Shown here piece by piece: positions 59,401 through 64,000 of a stretch of DNA of 64,000 nt. The DNA comes from Candidatus Rifleibacteriota bacterium. GTDB lineage: Bacteria > Muiribacteriota > Ozemobacteria > Ozemobacterales > Ozemobacteraceae. Position 1 is the stretch's first letter. Every line of letters starts with the position of its first letter. The notes beneath the pieces were generated by a model. That model was not told where the DNA came from. It saw only the letters and a list, made by a program, of their open reading frames with translations, and did no database searches. The stretch lies in the NCBI GenBank assembly GCA_012520995.1, contig JAAYNI010000033.1:128826-192825 (forward strand), in the 5' to 3' direction. Both the position numbers and the translations under genes were made by a program.

Positions 59401-62400
59401 GAGTTTTATATACGTTGTGAAACAGAAGCTTTCAGAGATCTGTGGGGCAATAGTAACGAACCTTACCCGAATGCCGGAGGCATTGCGGCTATGATTAATA
59501 CAGTCAAGCCTTCTTCTGTTACTCAGCCTCCTTCGGTTAGAACCTTAGCAGTCAAACCTGTTTCAAACGAATATGCTCTTTTCAAGGGACAGCCCGAGGG
59601 GCAGTTCTTCTATGAAGTAGCTTTTGATACGCCAAGCTTGACTCAAGGCGTGACAGTTCCTATAGCTCGCAATTTAGTTCCGACTCTTGAACTTTTTGTC
59701 GATGATGGAACCTTCAAAGTGGTAGACAGACCCAAATTCCTGGGATGGACAGAGCATGATCAGAATGGCACTGTGAGAACAGTTGCTCAGTTTAGCAACA
59801 CCAGTCTCTCAACTATGGGTTCTGAACAACGTGTGCCTGTCATTGCCAGGATTTCAAACTATACCGACATATTCAATCTTGCCAATCCTGTAAACAATAC
59901 CTTGGTAAGCAAGGCTTATAACTTGGATAAGAAGATTGAAGGCAATATAGGCTCTTATGATGGATTCAAGGTAGCAAGCTGGAGCATGGAGTTTGACAAC
60001 TGTCCTCCTAGCCCGATTCAGGCAGCTGCCAGAATTAACAATGAACCTATAGTGAATAATATAGTTCCCAATATACCTGAAGGTCATCTCAAAGTAAAAA
60101 TCAAGTTCAACGAAGCGATGAACAATAGCAACAGCACTACTTTGAGACCCAGATTGCTCTTGGTTACACCAAGCGGTGACAGAGTTATGCAGTTCAATTG
60201 GGTAAGATGGGAAAGTCCAGATACAGCAGAATTCATGAATCAGTCTCCATTTGATGGCAATATAATTCAAGGCAAGGCTTATTTCAGTGTTTCGGGCGGC
60301 TATGACGAAGCCGGCAATCCTTGTCCGGAAGGTCATGTCATGGATGATATCTATTTTGTGGATATAAGATCTCAGGGACCTGTAGTTGAAAAATTTATGG
60401 TTCAGACTTTGCAGACGACCACGGCAAACTCTGAGTTTGATTACTCGATTGATATGCCTTACAGCCCCAAGATAAGTTCGGATTACAATAATCCATACAA
60501 CTTGCCTGGTATAGCTACTATCAAGATATATTTCCAGAAACCTCCGGTTGATAACACTGGCACTCTGCAAATATGCAATTTGTCTGGCGGCAGCATAATA
60601 AAAGAATTGCCCGCTGTGCCTTCTGATACTGGCAACGAATGGATTGTTAAATGGGATGGAACTAAGGCTGATGGCACTGAAATCCAGTCCAACTATCCGG
60701 TTCTTTATGATCTTAAATTCGTAGATTCAGCTGGAAATATTGCTAATAGAGTAGGGCGAATTGTTTATGATAACAATCCTCCGCCTGTCACATCATGGGA
60801 ATTCCCTGAATTGCAATACAGAGACAATGTTGTGTATTACAGCCCTGATGTTCATTCTACGACTAAGTTCAATGTGATTACCGGGCAGCTTGGCGAGCCT
60901 ATGCGTCTTTTGTTGCAGAAAGAAGGCGAAGAACGCAAATATGTCTATGACATGTCCGCCTATGCGTCTATGGGCTATACTCTCAACTTCTCTGGCCAGG
61001 TTCCAGGTTCTGCGGCTTATCTCACAGGCGAATATAAGGCAAGCTTGGTTGATGCGGCTGGCAATCTGGGTGTTCCCGCTTTCTCCGGCGGACAAGCAGG
61101 CTTTACTCTGATGATAGACAGGAATCCTCCTGTTCTGACTCAGGTAAAAACTGAAAAAATAGCTAAATCAACCGGCTCTTTAGTGAGTCCTTACCCATTA
61201 GGCGAAGTTGATAGATTCAACGCTAATAAAAATGATCTTATGATCACTGTTGTTGAAGCTGTTGTGCCTGGCGAAAAACCCTTAGATGAAGGCACAGGCC
61301 TAATAAAGATAATGTCCGGCTCTACGGTTATGAGAGAACTTCCCTTGTTGAAGTCCTCAAGTAATGACATATACGCTATATGGGATGGCAAGAACTCTGA
61401 CGGAATCTTGGTTCCTGACGGCCGATATGTAATTAAAGTTGCAGACTTGGCTGGCAATGAAGCGGCTATGATGAAAGAAATCTATGTTGTGGCTACTTTG
61501 TTCAGCTTTGAAAGAGTTGAACAGGATGGCATTAACAAGATAAAGATGTTCTTTACCCACGAAGTGCATCCTTCTGGAGCCAATCCTTCAAAGTTTGCTA
61601 TAACTGGCGGTTTGTCTTTCGCAACTGTAGTAAAAGATGAAACTGACAAGACTTTGCTGACGGGCACTTTGGCTTCTCCCATGACCCTTGAACATCACGG
61701 TACGGAAGTGGTTGTTAAGGCTATAAATCTTATAAGCATTGATGAAGCGGAATTGAGCGCTGTAAATTCGGCAAGCTTTATACCTGACACTAAGGGGCCT
61801 GAAATAAAGAATGTAAACTTTGAAGGTCTGACTGTTCCTAATGCATTCAATATTGTCTTTGATGAAAGGGTTGATCCGACAAGTGTAGTCGACAAGACTA
61901 AATACACTCTTACAGTTCAGAATAGCGGCGGTATTACTCTTCCGATAAAATCGGTAGGACTACAGCATGAAAACAAATCTGTAATAGTGATGACGGAACA
62001 GAAACTTGATGTCGGCAGTTTTTATGTGGTTTCAATTACTGGAGCAAAAGACTTGAAGGGCAATGTGAGCAATCCAGTTTCCCAGCCTTTCGAAGGAATA
62101 GACGTTACGCCTCCTGAATTTATTATATCGGCTTTCAGCAACCCTGCTAACGAGTTTGATATTATAGTTACGGTTAAAGCCAATGAAGAGCTTAAGAGTG
62201 ATCCTCCGGTTAAAGCCTATATAAGGCAGATTGGCGGAAAACTGATTACAGCTTCTATGAATACGACCAACTATCCAAATATGTATATGATAGGCGTGCA
62301 TCTTGATCCTAACCACTCAGGTATAGTTAACATCAAAGTTACGGGTGAAGATCTTAGCGGTAACGAAGGCAGTGCGGAATATGTCTTCACCACTGCGTAT

Positions 62401-63483
62401 ATTAATGCTTCCATGAGAGCATCTGTAATCTCCGATGACGAGATCCTTACTGCTTTCTTTGAACCTGGCACTCTCAGGGAAAACTCAAAAGTCATGCTTT
62501 TCAGGGACTCTGTTTCTGTTACTTTGCCAGAAAGCGGTGAAGTCAGATCTTCTATAAGACTTTCAGTTGCTGAAGGACTCAAAGATCTCTCAGGTTTGCC
62601 TAATAGTGTTGCCAAATCTGTAACCCCATCACTTCAGGGAGACGAGTTGAAACCTGTAGCAGATTCTTACAGTTTCTCGGTCCCTGAGGGCAGATTGCAG
62701 ACAGCCGTGCCATTTACTATGAAACTTGCTTCCAGCACTTTGGAGAGTTCGGTAAATCTCTACAGAAATGTGGCTGACAAGTGGGAATTGGTGGAAACAG
62801 AACAGATAGATGGCAATCAGCTCAAATTCTATTCTGAAACCTCAGCAAGATTTGCCTTAATGAGAGATACTATGGCTCCGAGAGTTTCTATCAGAAACAG
62901 CTTTGCTCAGCCGATTAAAGAAGAGCGCCCCACGTTTATCTTCGCAGTAGAAGAATTTGGTTCGGGTCTTGACAGAGAGAGCGTAAGAATTACACTTGAT
63001 AATAGGAGTTATACTCCTGTTGTTAGCGATGATGCTACTCGCTTGCTCTTTAAGCCCTTTGACGGTCTTGTCGGCGGCACTCACACTGTGGGTATAAGAG
63101 CCTCTGACCGTGCAGGAAATCAGGTTGTCTTCCAGGAAGTAAGGTTCCAGCTTGCTCCTCCTTTGCGCATTAAGCAAGTAGTTCAGTATCCTAACCCTGC
63201 AAGCTCCTATGTCAAGATTCGTGTGGATACTAACAGTTCACTTATTGATGATGTGACTGTAAAGATCTATGACACTTCAGGGCAACTGGTTACTGATTAC
63301 GTGAAAGATGACGGAACACCAGATCTGAAAGCCCAAGGTGTGCACGAATATCGCTGGGATTTGAGAAATAAATCAGGCAGACGTGTAGCCAACGGCGTTT
63401 ACATTGCAAAAATCGAAGTTAGAGATCCATACGATTGGAATAAAAAATATAAATACACTCAAAAAATCGCAGTTCTCAGATAA
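53497..63483 (+). CDS. Giant (3328 aa) secreted multi-Ig-like repeat protein with FlgD-Ig/T9SS-CTD-like C-terminus
   Basis: Signal peptide (ADA); about 13 repeats of about 110 aa (GD...DLS..GG...DxAGN...DxxPP); SbsA/Big_5-like units (LKFSE, IVFDE); WDG-type FlgD-Ig units; terminal YPNP...WDLRNKSGRRVANGVY. Confidence 0.85.
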   Translation: MRNDKRIAGIGINFGKALLCLLTLFLIVSVSADAAISRPQVILSADQNGDGIAGVGDTITFTCTSDADPVDDVYVTVADAIGFSRLTMQEMGNNLYSVNYTIRPGNINKHVLFAFVDHSSSVNVTTSFLVNSIIPASTYQPAVSGYTGPGRTFRYGDTLTVTHNLTTGYDSSTIMELDLSPINLGVVRMGKSGSSFTTEIRIPSGLKLSDTSLRAVATNANGNSQEWYSQPFAVDTQPPVILNARVQNTTQNGNTGWAIINDTLRITASVERYENDILLVDCPHLFSGGPRHMDYVGSDADIGNFSLEVVLDDVALQGRTLAFNIMARDEATNRGYASTNTIRVDTLPPSFSSLSVIIRKPDGSTGNTAIVGDIIRIEGSMATVMPDITLTVDFTELGGSSAHIIPFTDGSVAPNVSVRTFRTDFMVTRGELENTTPLSFNVTATDVAGNTIQRVAMPAVYVDNKPPVISSATFANITNPGEPVKFGDQISVSATVADIDDGEVYIDLRFLGGAQKALLNKVGSNQFMLNHRVGKSIDPLEPNFIDRPLAFNVIAVDDAGNKHEMQTNSLQVDSEAPDILSVEYVVQPPLSETRRYIKAGDYLTLKVKLAKSESSVYDGQTVIMDLTDLGGEANQALNYMGGYYTFSMVVRQGQIDFGSTFRATATDNDGNTDSGYIHLPLDNKGPLTGPLSVRFLADRTTQGVINIGDEIEITIPVDDGHDEGYATIDLSLVGGASDHVINYMDYNDPKKSYIIRMVCSEAATADPAYVFSAVVYDKAGNKMSSLSQPIKVDCRKPVVDTFEAIHIKRAGNPGVVNVGDDLKFTAEVDDSAEEGLIPTLNLLKVGGSARQEMEDAGDGTFTYTHRVVAGETDGEDVKFKLTFKNSAGNIADTPNIYSRSFFVDNCPINITEISYVLLEDTNGNNIVDLDGSYTDVPVSAPDKVSLSMRLSASGQLTADLSKFGYGTTATPLNIIDDVSGETSELVFEVKQGTVNGEDVKIKLRAVDENGNVSVFETPNTLRLDNRPPEVGVPEIIIETDNGVIGEANAGDVLKIRAVVKNNDGLPPLLIFNKLVQAHPPGVQLPSDIIMAEVPAKPDLYEAEWVVPTGLSAKAPLTVLSTDKSGNTVYRDSLPMRFLSKDITPLGGTVSLFYDANANGIINPGDQVRITYSLEDVYSMPNNSPITNVYVDVSPLTSLMGGPVPDPENPDAYWAKLRYDYNNTGSPYVYEEIFTASETITLDRGADTDSWIFKVRIMHPDGTNKTTKRDTIECTFPIDTKVPNIIPNSLQIRIVEDNDDNPDITTANINDIIEVQAEIKNYPDSDTTVATLFMGTANEVMHRIPLTQITGTEIWQGQTTIATGTRLMGQPLYDGDWRIANGDIARMIVHATDDAGNTKASHATPYKPENAIKIDNKPPVFSKVQIFSGENNDEPWVVNVGNGLATDTLQFGVTLGEIVYADLYNNRGKAWVDLAQIGIDEPYYLKPGTSTGIGNTIVFGTDPNTYFPADFAPFVIKTEIDLATYTFPIWVQDEAGNKDKRIDHSQRIAIDTSSPKLVRAEYDGMMLTLKFSEIVRQDTFNINNIRIGKQYNVTDYYINNGQAIKLSDDSSDPAVCDIIMPLSDSDTYNILICPVNRGKIADWGNTSLYVSIASQDTDPGHNRYDVNGYLGKDEAGNWLQPVMRNEPADVVVTEEYIVRPNLVNAYYNAAGTIEDQSYLYLEFDREMDLTSITPASINRLAIWRDPAFTAENWNIRYRMRSGFDTFDMSDAYNSTNGLKRLRIRLSQEAQDWLALVYGKNSEKLHVQIDGYLFEPQPYPASQPPLARDIYGNRVNPIRPKDALEGRIYPLTTKFAVSAGITLDLTGDKPMLVIPFENRRVKLFQDTYTASSLNIPKNTPVDLSKVYIWSSSGTSSAQYIGLGAKGTSPAMVDWDSLTYGFSNINSFASPVVNIALTEEALNTMLSWGTSEFYIRCETEAFRDLWGNSNEPYPNAGGIAAMINTVKPSSVTQPPSVRTLAVKPVSNEYALFKGQPEGQFFYEVAFDTPSLTQGVTVPIARNLVPTLELFVDDGTFKVVDRPKFLGWTEHDQNGTVRTVAQFSNTSLSTMGSEQRVPVIARISNYTDIFNLANPVNNTLVSKAYNLDKKIEGNIGSYDGFKVASWSMEFDNCPPSPIQAAARINNEPIVNNIVPNIPEGHLKVKIKFNEAMNNSNSTTLRPRLLLVTPSGDRVMQFNWVRWESPDTAEFMNQSPFDGNIIQGKAYFSVSGGYDEAGNPCPEGHVMDDIYFVDIRSQGPVVEKFMVQTLQTTTANSEFDYSIDMPYSPKISSDYNNPYNLPGIATIKIYFQKPPVDNTGTLQICNLSGGSIIKELPAVPSDTGNEWIVKWDGTKADGTEIQSNYPVLYDLKFVDSAGNIANRVGRIVYDNNPPPVTSWEFPELQYRDNVVYYSPDVHSTTKFNVITGQLGEPMRLLLQKEGEERKYVYDMSAYASMGYTLNFSGQVPGSAAYLTGEYKASLVDAAGNLGVPAFSGGQAGFTLMIDRNPPVLTQVKTEKIAKSTGSLVSPYPLGEVDRFNANKNDLMITVVEAVVPGEKPLDEGTGLIKIMSGSTVMRELPLLKSSSNDIYAIWDGKNSDGILVPDGRYVIKVADLAGNEAAMMKEIYVVATLFSFERVEQDGINKIKMFFTHEVHPSGANPSKFAITGGLSFATVVKDETDKTLLTGTLASPMTLEHHGTEVVVKAINLISIDEAELSAVNSASFIPDTKGPEIKNVNFEGLTVPNAFNIVFDERVDPTSVVDKTKYTLTVQNSGGITLPIKSVGLQHENKSVIVMTEQKLDVGSFYVVSITGAKDLKGNVSNPVSQPFEGIDVTPPEFIISAFSNPANEFDIIVTVKANEELKSDPPVKAYIRQIGGKLITASMNTTNYPNMYMIGVHLDPNHSGIVNIKVTGEDLSGNEGSAEYVFTTAYINASMRASVISDDEILTAFFEPGTLRENSKVMLFRDSVSVTLPESGEVRSSIRLSVAEGLKDLSGLPNSVAKSVTPSLQGDELKPVADSYSFSVPEGRLQTAVPFTMKLASSTLESSVNLYRNVADKWELVETEQIDGNQLKFYSETSARFALMRDTMAPRVSIRNSFAQPIKEERPTFIFAVEEFGSGLDRESVRITLDNRSYTPVVSDDATRLLFKPFDGLVGGTHTVGIRASDRAGNQVVFQEVRFQLAPPLRIKQVVQYPNPASSYVKIRVDTNSSLIDDVTVKIYDTSGQLVTDYVKDDGTPDLKAQGVHEYRWDLRNKSGRRVANGVYIAKIEVRDPYDWNKKYKYTQKIAVLR

Positions 63484-63507
63484 AAACTTCGGTTAAAGTT
63501 AAAAAAC

Positions 63508-63566
63508 AAGCTCCTGTGTCCGATATTTCTCAGGAATACAAAAGAAGACAGCACAGGAGCTTTTTT
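63508..63566 (+). terminator. Terminator-like hairpin whose 3' arm contains the next gene's SD
   Basis: aagctcctgtg(63508-63518)/cacaggagctt(63552-63562) followed by T-run; AGGAG at 63555-63559. Confidence 0.7.
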
Positions 63567-63567
63567 A

Positions 63568-64000
63568 ATGAAAAAAATAGCAATTTTTATTTCCGTTCTG
63601 CTGGTAACAACTTTTGCTTTGAACGGATGCGGGGGCGGCGGCAGCGGTCGCTATACAGTTCCCCCTGACATAGGCGGTATAGGCCCTGGTGGAAGTTTGA
63701 CTCCTGGCGGTTCGGGCGGAGTTTTGCCGGGACAGCCTGGCGGTGCTGAAACGAATCCGGAAGCGATGCTTTATGCTGCTTGGGAAGATTTCAATCTTGG
63801 CTCCTACAATACAGCTATTTATAAGTTCAATGCTGTTATAAGTTCTACTGCAGCCTCTGACGCAGATAAATATGAGGCATATAATGGTCTTGGGTGGGCT
63901 ACGGCTAAGTCCGCTGATGGTGGCGGAATAATTTCTGCATTGGAAATATTCTCTCACGCCTATCCTTATAACGACGAGTCAAAAATAGGCTATGCGGCAG
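63568..64000 (+). CDS. Gly-rich TPR lipoprotein (partial, runs off window)
   Basis: Manual translation MKKIAIFISVLLVTTFALNG-C GGGGS...; TPR-like AWEDFNLGSYNTAIYKF and EAYNGLGWA. Missing from the ORF track. Confidence 0.85.
   Translation, partial: MKKIAIFISVLLVTTFALNGCGGGGSGRYTVPPDIGGIGPGGSLTPGGSGGVLPGQPGGAETNPEAMLYAAWEDFNLGSYNTAIYKFNAVISSTAASDADKYEAYNGLGWATAKSADGGGIISALEIFSHAYPYNDESKIGYAA

Noticed and set aside
53605..63177. Several 100-260 aa minus-strand ORFs inside the giant gene
   Set aside because: Antisense shadows of a long coding frame; no recognisable domains.
63565..63957. 130-aa minus-strand ORF
   Set aside because: The real gene is the plus-strand lipoprotein starting at 63568 (lipobox and SD).
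1..64000. Alternative genetic code, tRNA/rRNA, IS or prophage
   Set aside because: Conserved genes are full length under code 11 with TGA, TAA and TAG as stops; no tRNA, rRNA, transposase, integrase or virion signatures were recognised.

Overview
Gene-dense, roughly 40% GC (estimated by eye) chromosomal segment of an LPS-producing diderm bacterium, read in the standard bacterial code. Its gene content and order are Firmicute/Terrabacteria-like; an uncultured lineage such as Ca. Riflebacteria is a tentative guess. In order: partial gpmI; cheC-cheD-hyp-fliA; wecB; DUF2157 with two GDYXXLXY paralogues, the second frameshifted; an operon of a secreted double GATase-like protein, a CUT1/Ugp-type ABC transporter, a DHH phosphoesterase and a TPR protein; two pilin-like genes with ispG; an atypical DnaB-family helicase with an N-terminal Zn ribbon and long Q/P-rich linker; bamA-skp-lpxD-hyp-lpxC-fabZ-lpxA; pdp-dgt-MCP; an AAA ATPase and a degenerate-FHA membrane protein; a DUF5693-CsaB fusion in an apparent operon with asd, DUF362, lpxL, waaA and three GT9 genes; a 3328-aa repeat-built surface protein with FlgD-Ig/T9SS-like C-terminus; and a partial TPR lipoprotein. 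No tRNA, rRNA, CRISPR array or transposase was seen. Best leads: the CsaB fusion among LPS genes, the DnaB paralogue, the giant protein and its SD-sequestering downstream hairpin, a possible nucleic-acid scavenging operon with an A11 promoter spacer, and dispersed heptamer/decamer intergenic repeats. All family calls come from motif recognition by eye, not database searches.
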